This document shows, piece by piece, positions 45,841 to 60,244 of a DNA stretch of 64,000 nucleotides. Below the pieces are notes generated by a model, which saw only the letters and a list, made by a program, of their open reading frames with translations, was not told where the DNA came from and searched no databases. The stretch covers positions 36,730 to 100,729 of the forward strand of contig CAWFAK010000010.1 in the NCBI GenBank assembly GCA_963813715.1, written 5' to 3'. How positions within the stretch are numbered: position 1 is the first letter of the stretch; the number at the start of each line of letters is the position of its first letter. The stretch is from an uncultured Planctomycetaceae bacterium (GTDB lineage: Bacteria; Planctomycetota; Planctomycetia; Planctomycetales; Planctomycetaceae). A program made the position numbers and the translations under genes.

Positions 45841-47046
45841 TCAAGAATCGATTTGGTCAAACCATTGCGGCTCGAGCTCTTTGGTGTTGCGCTCGATGCC
45901 CAGCACAATGGTGCGTTGGTGGCAGCCGTTGCGGGTCGTCGCCACGGCGTCGATCACCTGCCGCCCCTCCGGAAGCGTGAACCGCTGCGAGAATGTCCCG
46001 TCGCGACTGACCGGAATCCGCTCGCCCAGCAGCTTCAGCTCGACGTGGGGATCGGTCGAGCCGTGCAGAATCAGCTCGGCGTGCAGCCGCAGCTCGACGG
46101 GCGGCTCCGACGGCGTTTCGGCCTCTCCGTCGTCGCTGCCGTTACTGCTCGACGAAACGCGGGGAATGGGCAGCTTGGAGGTCGGGAGGGCCCGCAGATC
46201 GTACGTGGGCCGTTTTTCCAGGTCGACGGCCATGTCCGTCGTGCCGTTCGTGCGGTTGCCAGCCTTCCGCAGCCGCGTTTGCAGCGAATGCGCGCCCGGC
46301 CGCGGCGTCTGCACGCGGTTCGAGTGGGCCATCACAAAGAAGAACCCGTTCGGCGCCCGGTAGCCGATCTGAATGCGATATTTGCGCGGCGCCGGATCGA
46401 CCGGCACATACCAGTGGTCGACGTCGCCATGAATATCGACGTCACCCACCCGAGTTTGGGTCGCCATGCCGGAGTCGTCGGCCGTCACGTCCAGGATCCG
46501 CAACACGGGGACGGCGTGATGCCACTGCACCCCCAGCGCCGCCTCAGCCCGGGTGAGCGTGTCACGGGAGAGGGTCCAGCGAACGTGTACCCAGCAGGGA
46601 TCGGTCCCCTCGGCGATTAGGGAATCACGCGCAGCTTCGGGCGTCGATGAGCCGATCGACGATTTCAACAGACGCCGGTCCCGCAGTGGACCGCCATGGA
46701 AGTATCGGCGATCGCTCTTGCCGTCGCGTTCGAGGTCGTGCCGTTGCCCATTGTGCGCCGAGCCATTGTGCACCGAGCCACTGTGGGTCGAGCCACTGCG
46801 CGTCGAACCGTTGTGCGATGCACCGTTGCTCGGCGAGCCGGTGCGGCTGCCGTTTCGCGAGCCGTTTGGAGTCGAACCGCTGTTGCTCGTTCCGTTGCGA
46901 TTGCGGTTGAGTTGGCGGCGATAGGAAGCGGCCAGCGCGACGACAAGTTCGTCTTTGGTCATCTCGTGCCAACCCGCGATCTGGTGCTTTTTGGCGCGGG
47001 CGGCCAGGGCCTTTCGGGTCAAAGCGCGAAGCGAAGTGACGGTCAT
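45841..47046 (-). CDS. DUF4912 domain protein with N-terminal Rho_N-like motif
   Basis: TRKALAARAKKHQIAGWHEMTKDELVVAL; DPCWVHVRW, LRILDVT, WYVPV, SNRVQTP; ELILHGSTDP...DGTFSQRF. Confidence 0.82.
   Translation of the reverse strand: MTVTSLRALTRKALAARAKKHQIAGWHEMTKDELVVALAASYRRQLNRNRNGTSNSGSTPNGSRNGSRTGSPSNGASHNGSTRSGSTHSGSVHNGSAHNGQRHDLERDGKSDRRYFHGGPLRDRRLLKSSIGSSTPEAARDSLIAEGTDPCWVHVRWTLSRDTLTRAEAALGVQWHHAVPVLRILDVTADDSGMATQTRVGDVDIHGDVDHWYVPVDPAPRKYRIQIGYRAPNGFFFVMAHSNRVQTPRPGAHSLQTRLRKAGNRTNGTTDMAVDLEKRPTYDLRALPTSKLPIPRVSSSSNGSDDGEAETPSEPPVELRLHAELILHGSTDPHVELKLLGERIPVSRDGTFSQRFTLPEGRQVIDAVATTRNGCHQRTIVLGIERNTKELEPQWFDQIDS
46745..46910 (-). repeat. Degenerate 12-15 bp coding tandem repeat (xxNGS/xxSGS peptides)
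   Basis: GAGCCATTGTGCACC / GAGCCACTGTGGGTC / GAGCCACTGCGCGTC / GAACCGTTGTGCGAT units encoding SHNGSTRSGSTHSGSVHNGSAHNG. Confidence 0.75.
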
Positions 47047-47949
47047 GTGGTGGAGTCTCCGTCCGAATAGGCCTGGTCTCGAACTGCGCACGGGGAGTGC
47101 GCCGGCCAAGCCCACTGGGTGCGCGGGGGAATAAAGGGGCGACCGCAGTCGATCGGACTCGTCCGACCGAACCGGGTCGAGCAAAGACAGGATCTGCGAA
47201 TCACCTTGCGGATTCCCGATCTTAGGAACGATCAAGCTGCTGCGGCAGCGCGGCTTACAGCAGCGGGGTCTCCGGCGGCGGTCCGTGCCTCGATTGTCCG
47301 AAACGAACGCTTCGGACCTTCGGATCACGCCCGCCGAGCCGCGACAAGCCGAGGTGGCCTGCGGCCCTGAAGGTTGATCCGCGTAAAGTCGTTTTTGTCG
47401 GGTCTGAAATCGGGTCCCAGCGACGAAGTTCGCTGAAATGGACAGTGGATATGACGAAATGGTCACCCGACACTTTTGTTGTATCAATCCGGAATTCAAA
47501 CTTTCAATTGCAGCTGCAAAAGAATGTCTCGCGCTGCCATGAAACTTGAAACGCAACTTGTTTGCGCATATGATATTACAACTTAATCCACGCACGAAGG
47601 GCATGTGGGGCGAACACTGGTTGAAACACTAATGAACATTTGGCCAAACACCGCGAAATGACTGTCTCAGTTACGAACGATCTCGCGCCGTGCAACGTGC
47701 TCCCGATCTCACCCGGTGGAGCGCCAGGCGAGCGGACCAACGACTCAATGTGCGCGCGGGTTTCAGGCTCGTAAGGGTCGAGCGATTGACCTCCCTTGAT
47801 CGACGACGTTGACTCGCCGACGACCAGCCACACTTCAGAATTGATTGAACTGCTCCGAGATCGAGGCACCGGTTTCAAATCGCGGATTCAGATCCCGCGA
47901 TTGCCGACCGTCGCCGATACCGTGTCAAGGGGACCGACGCCCCGGCTCG

Positions 47950-47978
47950 TTGACTCCATTACGCGTGACCGGTAACGT
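47950..47978 (+). promoter_or_regulatory. sigma70-like promoter (distal, atp side)
   Basis: TTGACT-17 nt-TAACGT. Confidence 0.5.
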
Positions 47979-48125
47979 CGCTTCGATTCGGTCTCGCGCC
48001 GAGTGACCGAATCGATGGGACCCGTTTGACGGGCCTCTTAAGTGTCTGCGGTTCGCGGCGTTCCCCGTGAATGGGAATCAGCCCCCCCACTCTTGGGAAA
48101 TCGCAATTCGTTTTCGCTCGCTGCT

Positions 48126-48154
48126 TTGACACTCCCCCCGGCTCGGAATAAACT
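48126..48154 (+). promoter_or_regulatory. sigma70-like promoter of the atp operon
   Basis: TTGACA-17 nt-TAAACT, ~170 nt upstream of the first atp gene. Confidence 0.7.
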
Positions 48155-48321
48155 TCTCGCGAAATAAGAAATTGAACTGACGAAGGAGAGCGTACAGGCC
48201 TGCCCCGATCACGTTCTCAACGCCCCGCTCCGTTTGCCGCGGGACAGTTTCTGACACCGTGGCGGCCGCGAACGCTCGCACGAATCTTGGGCCTCCTTCG
48301 GCGTCCGCCGGGAGGTTTCTT

Positions 48322-48576
48322 GTGCCCGATGAAAACGACGACCGACCGCCGATGGTTGTCGGGATGCATTGGGTTCAGCAGATCACGTCGATTGCACTTG
48401 AGATGGCATTGCCGGCAGCGTTAGGTGTTTACCTAGACAAACGCTGGGGCACTGGGCCGTGGCTGCTCGCTCTCGGAGCAGTATTCGGTTTTTTGGCGGC
48501 TTTGTGGCATTTGATGGCGCTGGCGAAGCGCGGAGGTCCGAAATCTTCCGGACCGAAGCAGGGAAAAGGCTCGTAA
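48322..48576 (+). CDS. AtpZ/AtpI family protein
   Basis: GTG after GGAGG; LPAALGVYLDKRWGTGPWLLALGAVFG. Confidence 0.82.
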   Translation: MPDENDDRPPMVVGMHWVQQITSIALEMALPAALGVYLDKRWGTGPWLLALGAVFGFLAALWHLMALAKRGGPKSSGPKQGKGS

Positions 48577-49014
48577 TGTTTTTGAGCCGATCGACGGCAC
48601 AAACGCCGATTCAAACGGCTTGGCTGCGCTGCGCGTGGCTCGGAATGGCGACGGCTCTATTATGGCTTGTTCTGCTGGGGCCGGCGTGGCTCATCGGCGG
48701 ACGCGACGGGCTGATCGGTGTGTCGGTGGCTGCCCTCTTGTGCGTCGTCCCCGGTTGGATCGTCTTCTGGCTGGCTGCCGCTTACGGCGCGGCCGGCGGG
48801 CACGTCCCGCTAGTCGTGCTTGGCGGCATGCTGCTGCGGATGGTCTTCGTGTTTTTGGGGATGGTGATCGTGCAGTCGGCCAACCACAACCTCGGCTTTC
48901 GCGAGTTTGTGGTTTGGCTGCTGGCGTTCTACGCCGTTCTGTTAGGCGTCGAGACGTTCCTGGCGTTGCCCTGCACCGAATCTGCGACCGGCCAACCGCG
49001 CAGGGGGAGTCTGA
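48576..49014 (+). CDS. ATP synthase subunit I-like membrane protein (3' end uncertain)
   Basis: Four hydrophobic helices and GGMLLRMVFV; coupled (TAATG) to the upstream gene and precedes atpB. Confidence 0.65.
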
Positions 49015-49020
49015 CCCCCG

Positions 49021-49969
49021 ATGGCAGTGCCCCACCCGGAACCGGATCTCTTCGACCACGTGCGGGATCACAGCTTCTTTCACCTGCCCGGCTTCTGGAC
49101 ATCCTCCGGGGAGACCAAGTTTGAGTTGTGGGACATCCCGCTGTGGCGTGATCGGCACTTTCAGCTCACGAAATACATGGTGCTGCAGGTCATTGCCGGC
49201 GCTCTTCGTGTTCTTCGTCTTCCGTGGCTTAGCCCGCCGAGTCGCTTCGGGTGCCCCTCCTCGGGGGCCCTGGTGGAATTTCTGGGAGACGCTGGCCCTC
49301 TACATCCGTGACAACGTCGTGCGCCCGACGATTGGCGTACCCCACGACGCACACGGGCACGATGAACATGGGCACGCTCACCACGGCCACGATGATCACG
49401 GTCACGGTGCGGCTAGCCACGCCGCTGTGGCGACCGTGGGACATCCGGCCGACCGGTTTTTGCCCTACATCTGGACCTGCTTTTTCTACGTGCTGATCTG
49501 CAATTTGCTCGGCGCGTTTCCGTGGATGGGCTCGCCCACGGCGAATATCAACGTGACCGGCGCCTTGGCGGTGATCACGATCTGCACGGTCATGTTTTAC
49601 GGAATGCAGCGCTCGGGCGTGGCCGGTTTCTGGGCTTCGCTCGCGCCCCCCATGGATCTTCCGCCGCTCATGAAGGTGGTGTTGGTCCCCGTGATCTGGG
49701 GGATTGAACTATTCGGCTTCATGATCAAGCACTTCGTGTTGGCCGTGCGTTTGTTTGCGAACATGATGGGCGGCCACACCGTGATTGCCGTGTTCTTGTT
49801 GTACATTGCCACGACGGCCACCTCGGCCCTTTGGTACCTCGTGCTTCCCTCGAGCATGTTCGGGCAGATCTTCGTGGGCACGCTCGAGATACTCGTGGCG
49901 TTTATCCAGGCGTACATTTTCGCGTTTCTGGCAACGTTGTTTATTTCGATGGCAGTGAACCCGCACTGA
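49021..49969 (+). CDS. atpB: F0F1 ATP synthase subunit a (frameshift ~49197)
   Basis: LTKYMVL, CNLLGAFPWMGSPTANINVT, KHFVLAVRLFANM (essential Arg), EILVAFIQAYIF. Confidence 0.93.
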
Positions 49970-50081
49970 TTTCCGCAGCAGAAATTTGCCCAGACGGGCG
50001 ATTCGTATTCCCGGTCCGGTCGCAGGCTCGCCGCTGGCGGGTCGGCGATGTCTGACACAGAAAGCTTTGAGGAGTCGTGAC

Positions 50082-50399
50082 GTGAAGCAAGCCGTTCAGA
50101 TTGGTGCGTTGGCGATCGCAGTCGTTCTGGCGCTCGCCGTCCCGGCGATGGCCGCCGGCGAAAACTACGGTTTCCATTTCTCGGGAGCGATCGGCGCGGG
50201 CGTGACGCTTTTGGGTGCCGGCTACGGCATCGGAAAGATCGGCGCCTCGGCCGTCGAGAGCATGGCTCGGCAGCCCGAAGTCGCCGGACAGATCCAGACG
50301 GCGATGCTCATCGCCGCCGCCCTGATCGAGGGTGCGACCTTCTTCGCACTGATCATTTGTATCGCCAGCGGAGCTCCGTGGCCGGCGGCCGCGCAGTAA
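50082..50399 (+). CDS. atpE: F0F1 ATP synthase subunit c
   Basis: GAGYGIGKIG...MARQPE...AAALIEGATFFAL; GTG after GAGGAG. Confidence 0.95.
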   Translation: MKQAVQIGALAIAVVLALAVPAMAAGENYGFHFSGAIGAGVTLLGAGYGIGKIGASAVESMARQPEVAGQIQTAMLIAAALIEGATFFALIICIASGAPWPAAAQ

Positions 50400-50446
50400 G
50401 TCGCGGGCAATTCAGCCAGCGATTCGCGGGTAAGCGAGGGGAACTC

Positions 50447-51101
50447 ATGCGCACGTCGATTGCCAGGCTCAGCGTCTGTGCGGCTCTGGGCCTGTCGGCA
50501 TGGCTGTTGCTTTGTAGTGCCGCGGGCCGTCGCTCCGCCGCAGGGGCCCGTCGGGCAAGCCGAAGCGGCGTGCGAAAGAAGCCGGTCGAGGAACTGCGCG
50601 AAGAGGGCGTGCCGATCAAGTTCAAAAAAGACCTGGCTCTCTGGTCGGCCGTCACCTTCCTGATTTTTCTCTTCTTGCTGGGCCGTTACGCCTGGAAGCC
50701 GCTGATCGCCGCGCTCGACGACGCGCGAGGGGAAGATTCGCGGCGATATCTCGGCTGCGGAGTCGGCCCGGCTGAAGGCCGAGCAAATGCTCGCCGAGCA
50801 CTCCAAGCGGATGGCCCAGGTGCAGGATGAGATTCGCGAAGTGCTGGCCCAGGGGCGGCGCGACGCCGAGAGTCTCAAGCAAGAGATCGTCGGCCAGGCC
50901 CAGAAGGAGGCCGTGGCCGCCAAGGACCGCGCGGTGCAGGAAATCTCGCGGGCTCGCGATTCGGCACTCAAGGACCTGTTCGACGTGATGGCGACCGAGG
51001 TCGCGCACGCCACCCAGCACGTGCTGGGCCGCAGCGTCAACTCGTCCGACCAGGACCGGTTGATCGAGGAGGCCCTGGCGCAGTTCCCGCGGCGCTCGTA
51101 A
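50447..51101 (+). CDS. atpF: F0F1 ATP synthase subunit b (frameshifted)
   Basis: DLALWSAVTFLIFLFLLGRYAWKPLIAALD followed by a coiled coil ending DQDRLIEEALAQF. Confidence 0.9.
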
Positions 51102-51138
51102 TTCTCCGTTTCTCGTTTGTCGGCATTTCGGCAACTCG

Positions 51139-53265
<2,127 letters not shown>

Positions 53266-53330
53266 GGACTCTGGGCGAGCGGCTGGTGTAAGCCAGCCGG
53301 TTCTCTGTAGGCGTTGGGACATTCGGCGAA

Positions 53331-55705
<2,375 letters not shown>

Positions 55706-55732
55706 TCGGCCAACATCGAAAGAATCAGCATA

Positions 55733-56141
55733 ATGGCTGCCGCATAGCCCCTTGAGACTGGTGCTGGTAACGCCGGAGACGACCCTCGTCGACGAGCCCG
55801 TCAGCGCGTTGCGTTTTCCGCTCTTCGATGGGCAGATCGGCATTCTCCCCGGCCGGGCACCCTTGATCGGCCGGCTGGGCTACGGCGAGCTGAACGTGAC
55901 CCACGTCGACGGATCGCACGCGTCGTACTTCGTCGACGGCGGCTTCGTGCAGGTGAAGCAGGGCATTGTTTCGCTGCTGACCGACCGAGCCCTGACCAGC
56001 GAACAAATCGACCCGGCCGCGGCCGAGGAAAAACTTCGCGAAGCCTCCGCCCGCAAGGCCCACAGCGACGCGGAGATCAATGCCCGCTTCCGCGATGAGG
56101 AACGGGCCCGGCAGATGCTGGCGCTGGCCGACCGAAGGTAA
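55733..56141 (+). CDS. atpC: F0F1 ATP synthase subunit epsilon (probable 5' indel)
   Basis: LVLVTPE, GQIGILPGRAPL and VDGGFVQV. Confidence 0.92.
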
Positions 56142-56574
56142 GCCGCCGATCGATCTCTGACCAACGATCCGCGCGCGACGTCCGCCAGCCGGATCACGTC
56201 GCAAGTTTCTTGACGTGAGGCGTCGAGTCCGCGCATCTTTTCCCGCTTGCTCCAGCTTATCACGTTTGGAGCAATTCCGAGCCAGCAAACTCTCGCAAAT
56301 CGCACTAGTCGTCCGCCTTCGATTCGCGCTGGGGACGTCGGTGCTTTCACTCAGCGCAAAGTGGCGGCCCATTTTCTTCATGACCGACAAGTCCTGCAGT
56401 CGAAAGGAAAATAGGCAAAAAGCGACACTTAACCGCCTTCGGCCTCACGACGAATCGTTCTTTGGCAACTGTCTCGGCAACTGCCGCCCCGCATTTGGTT
56501 CATCTGACATTTGGTAATGAGGAGTTCCCTTTGAGGAGCACAAACCGTTTCCGAACCCGCAGGAGGCCGGGTTA

Positions 56575-57400
56575 GTGGGGTCAGGCGGACCGGCTGCAAG
56601 CTTGGTGCTGGAAGTTGGCCGCGGTCGGACCGAGCAACGTCGGCGACCCGTGCAATCGTCGCGATTCCTCATTGGCTCGAGCCAACGCTGCGACTTGTGT
56701 CTGGGCGGCGGGGCCATTCCCCCGCTGCATTCCCTGATTTCGACCGACGGCGGCGAAGTCTGGCTCGAAGCGATCGCCGACGCGCCGGAACTGCTCGTCA
56801 ACGGCCGCGTCGAGAAGTGCGTGCGGCTCCAGGATCAGGATCGGCTGCGGATCGAACCGTTCGAGTTGATCGTGCATCTCGCCGGCAACCCGCGGCCGCA
56901 CTCGAAACGGAAAAAACTCCGGCTCCATCGCTACCCGAAGCAGCAGATCGAATCGTCGAACGTGAGCGACCTGTCGGCTCTCGAATTAGTCGAACGGATC
57001 GAAGCGGCCACGCAGCTCGTCAACGACTTCGAGCAGCGCAGCCGGCTCGGAATGGAATCGCTGTTGGCCGCCGCGAACGAACGCCGCGGCCGCATGGTCG
57101 CCGGGATCCCCAAGGCTCCGCGAGGCTCCGTCCTGCCGATGAGTAGCGCCTCGGCGGAGGCAGATCACCTGGAACTCGCGGATCCTGGAATCGCTCGTGG
57201 GCCATATTTCCGACGTCGTCGGCGAATTGGAAAAGCGAACGGGCCTGCAGTGGCAGCGCGAAGCCGGCTACCGCGACGCCGTCTCCAGCCTGTTCGAGAG
57301 CCAGGATCGCCTCTCGCGGCAGTTGGAAGTGCTGCTTCGGCGAGTCGCCTCGCTCAACACCGATCGCGGCACACCCGAGCGGGGCCGGGCCATCGCCTGA
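56575..57400 (+). CDS. FHA-domain protein with C-terminal coiled coil (frameshifted)
   Basis: FLIGSSQRCDLCL...PPLHSLI...LLVNG...LQDQDRLRI; C-terminus in ORF 57197-57400. Confidence 0.65.
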
Positions 57401-57434
57401 ACTCCACAGACGTCACACTGCCAGTCTTCGAGGA

Positions 57435-58265
57435 TCAGCCCGTCGGCGGTGTGGGCTTGAACGGGCGCTGTTCGATCTTGCCGTCGTGGAACGCGACGGC
57501 CGTATTCTGCGAAATTTCGTCCCACGATTCGGCGAGGTTGCCGATCGGCTCGGAGACGACCAGCCGTATCGGCTGGGGCGAAGCCATCCGCAGCGTCTTG
57601 TTCAACCGATAGAGATGTTCCGCGTCGGCGGTGTGGTACAGGGTCGGTGCATCGCTGTCGGATGCGTAGCGAACAGCGTACAAGTGCTGGCCGTCGGTGA
57701 CGCCCAACGTCATCCACAGGGCCTGGTCCACACCCTGAGCGGCGGCCGTCTTCTCCACGAAGCCCGCCATCCGCTCGAGCGCACCGATTGGATCGTCCTC
57801 CAACCCCAGCGTGAGCGCCAGGTAAAACATCAGCTCGGAGTCGGTCGTCCCCTGCACGTGGGGAAAGAATTGCGGCCCGACCGCAAACAGCAGGTCGCGG
57901 CGAAACTTTTCGATCTCGTCGATCTCGCCGTTGTGGACGAACAGCCAGTGGCCATAGCGGAACGGGTGGCAGTTGGTTTCCTGCACGCTGGCCTTGGACG
58001 TGGCTCGCACGTGGGCCAGAAACGATGGAGCCATCGTCTGGGCCGCCAGCTCGTGCAGGTTGAAATCGTTCCAGGCCGGCCGAATGCTGCGAAACAGGCC
58101 CGGCTTTTTGCGGCCGCCGTACCAGCCGACGCCGAACCCGTCCCCGTTGGTGGCCGTTTCCTTGGATTGCGAACTCAGGCTCTGGTCGATGAGCGAATGC
58201 TCGGCCTTGAACAGAATGTCTTCCAGCCAGATCGACGGACCATGATACGCCAGCCAGCGGCACAT
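57435..58265 (-). CDS. Class II glutamine amidotransferase (EgtC/YafJ-like)
   Basis: MCRWLAY (N-terminal Cys), NGDGFGVGWY, AHVRAT, NCHPF, HNG and GTTDSE. Confidence 0.92.
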   Translation of the reverse strand: MCRWLAYHGPSIWLEDILFKAEHSLIDQSLSSQSKETATNGDGFGVGWYGGRKKPGLFRSIRPAWNDFNLHELAAQTMAPSFLAHVRATSKASVQETNCHPFRYGHWLFVHNGEIDEIEKFRRDLLFAVGPQFFPHVQGTTDSELMFYLALTLGLEDDPIGALERMAGFVEKTAAAQGVDQALWMTLGVTDGQHLYAVRYASDSDAPTLYHTADAEHLYRLNKTLRMASPQPIRLVVSEPIGNLAESWDEISQNTAVAFHDGKIEQRPFKPTPPTG

Positions 58266-58358
58266 GATGTTGCGCCTCCACGTCCGGGGAGGGCTACGCT
58301 CCCGCTGAGCCCGCCCGATTTGAGTCGCACACAAAAGCTCGGCAGCAGCCCGGGCGGC

Positions 58359-59536
58359 TTAGTGCCGGAGCACTCTGCGCAAAGTGTACCACGCGACGGG
58401 CATGATCAGGGCGTTGGCCACCCACATCGCCCAGGCCGGGTTGACCACGTCGTTCTTCGACTGGTTCATCATCAAGAACACAATCGGGTAATAGGCGGTG
58501 AGGATCGGCACGAAGCACATAAAGAAGCTGGTCAGCACCTGCCGCCGCGCCTGCAGAATCGAAAAGGGCCCTCCCAGCAGCGTGAAGAAGAAACAGCTCG
58601 CGGAGAGGCGAAGCGGCCGTGGATTTCGGTGTGGTTCTGCACGATCTCTTCTTTCTTGACGATCAGGTCGGCGTCGTACCGCAGCATGTCGGGCTTGTCG
58701 AGGCGGTCGAAGTCGCCCGTCGCCAGCGCAAAGGCCGTCTCCACGTCGCGGCCCGGCGCAGTCCCTCCAGGTCGGTCGAGATGCCGCTTAAACTCTCCCG
58801 CAACTCGCTGATGCTGCGACTGCGGGCCTTGAGCTTTTTCGGCTCCTCGGGCAGAGGAAATTCCCAAGTCTCCTCGTGACCGCGAAAGCTCTCGTGGTCC
58901 GGCACGACTCCGTTGAGGTTCACCAGCGTCACGCGGACCACGCGCTTGGCCATGTCGAAGTGCAGCGTTGCCTCGTCGGCAAAGATGTGGATCGTCTGGC
59001 CGCCCCGCGGGGTGTAGTGGAACGTCGGCTTGATGAGTTTCCGCCCCTCGACGTTCTGCACCGAGATCGTCAAAGCCGGGTCGCGGCGCATGAAGATATG
59101 GTGCGTCCGCAGGATGTCGAGAAAGATGTTCTCGAGCATTTGGGCCACGCGGTTGTCGATGCTCGTCATCGCCCAGGGAATCACCTGGTCCGTGAGCAAG
59201 AGCGACGTCATACTGAGCACGATACCCATCACGAACGACGGCATGAGCAGCGAAAACGGCGCTGATGCCGGCCGCCTTGGCCGCGGTGACCTCGTGGTCC
59301 GCGGCGATCCGCCCGTAGACGAGCGTTACCGTCAACAGCATCGTCGCGGGAATCGTGAAGGGGAGCAGGCTCGGCACGAGGTAGGGCAGGATCTGCAGAA
59401 TCTCGCCGGGCCCCAGGCCGTCTTCACTGGCTTTGGTGAAGGCGCCGAGAAACACCAGCAAGATGGTGAGCACGCTGACCACGAGCAGAAAGACGCGGAT
59501 CAGCTCGCCCAAGACGTACTTCTGCAGCAACCGCAT
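58359..59536 (-). CDS. LptF/LptG family LPS export permease (frameshifted)
   Basis: LLQKYVLGELIRVF, LPFTIPATMLL...YGRIAADHEVTAAKAAGIS; C-terminal TM segments ending VLRH*. Confidence 0.85.
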
Positions 59537-60016
59537 CGACGAACCTTCCGGCCGAACGACTCGTCACGCGTGCGCACTAGCGACCACTCGCTTGGCCCGC
59601 CCCAAATCCCAGCCGCGCCGTAACTGTCAAACCGGCGCCCTAAATGCCCATCAGAGAATGACATAGGCGCGTCGATATATGCCAAACCGTGCGGACGGTC
59701 AATGCCAACTGTTCGCCGCTCCTTGCGCAGTTCCCCGAACTTCATCAGCCTCTCCAAGACTGGAAATCGGAGCGATCGAAGCGAGCACGAGAGTGGGGCT
59801 GCGTCCGCACAATTGCAGTCTTCGCGCGTGAATTGTCGGCCGAGACTCGGGCGCGACCAGCCGACGTGCAGCCATCGCCAAGCCCGGTCCGAAAAAGAAA
59901 GACGAGCCAGCCGAAAGACGATTTGTCGAGCGCGGCAGTAGTCGGCAACGAACTGCCGGCGGTAGGCAATCAAACAGACTTCATCTTACCAGAGGCCACC
60001 CACGCGAGGTCCGTTC

Positions 60017-60244
60017 ATGTTCGAGATCTTTAAGACTCTGTCGGACGATCAGATCGCTCTCGTCGGATGTGCGGCTGCCCTCACCGTCGCGGGGACGATC
60101 ATGTCCCTGAGCTACTACATTGGTCGCGGCCGCATGACGGGCGCCGGCCAAAAGACCAGCCAACCGCTGGTGCTGGCTGCGTCAATCGCCCGTCCTCAAC
60201 GGATGAATTCGGAAGTCGCCGCCGAGCGCCGCGAAGCGGCCTAG
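60017..60244 (+). CDS. Small single-TM hypothetical protein
   Basis: 75-aa ORF with GAGG RBS and a hydrophobic segment IALVGCAAALTVAGTIMSLSYYI. Confidence 0.6.
   Translation: MFEIFKTLSDDQIALVGCAAALTVAGTIMSLSYYIGRGRMTGAGQKTSQPLVLAASIARPQRMNSEVAAERREAA

Noticed and set aside
46745..46910. CRISPR-like short repeats
   Set aside because: Units are contiguous, degenerate, in-frame coding repeats without spacers; no cas genes.
47470..47660. Replication origin in the AT-rich intergenic stretch
   Set aside because: No clear cluster of TTATCCACA DnaA boxes and no dnaA/dnaN nearby.
48040..48090. Minus-strand GGGGCTGATT resembling a tmRNA 5' end
   Set aside because: Not followed by GGATTCGAC, and no matching 3' tRNA-like end found.
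50082..50399. Na+-translocating or N-type ATPase
   Set aside because: c subunit lacks Na+ ligands; gene order is canonical with delta present.
57435..58265. Ergothioneine biosynthesis cluster (egtC)
   Set aside because: No egtB/egtD neighbours; family-level call only.
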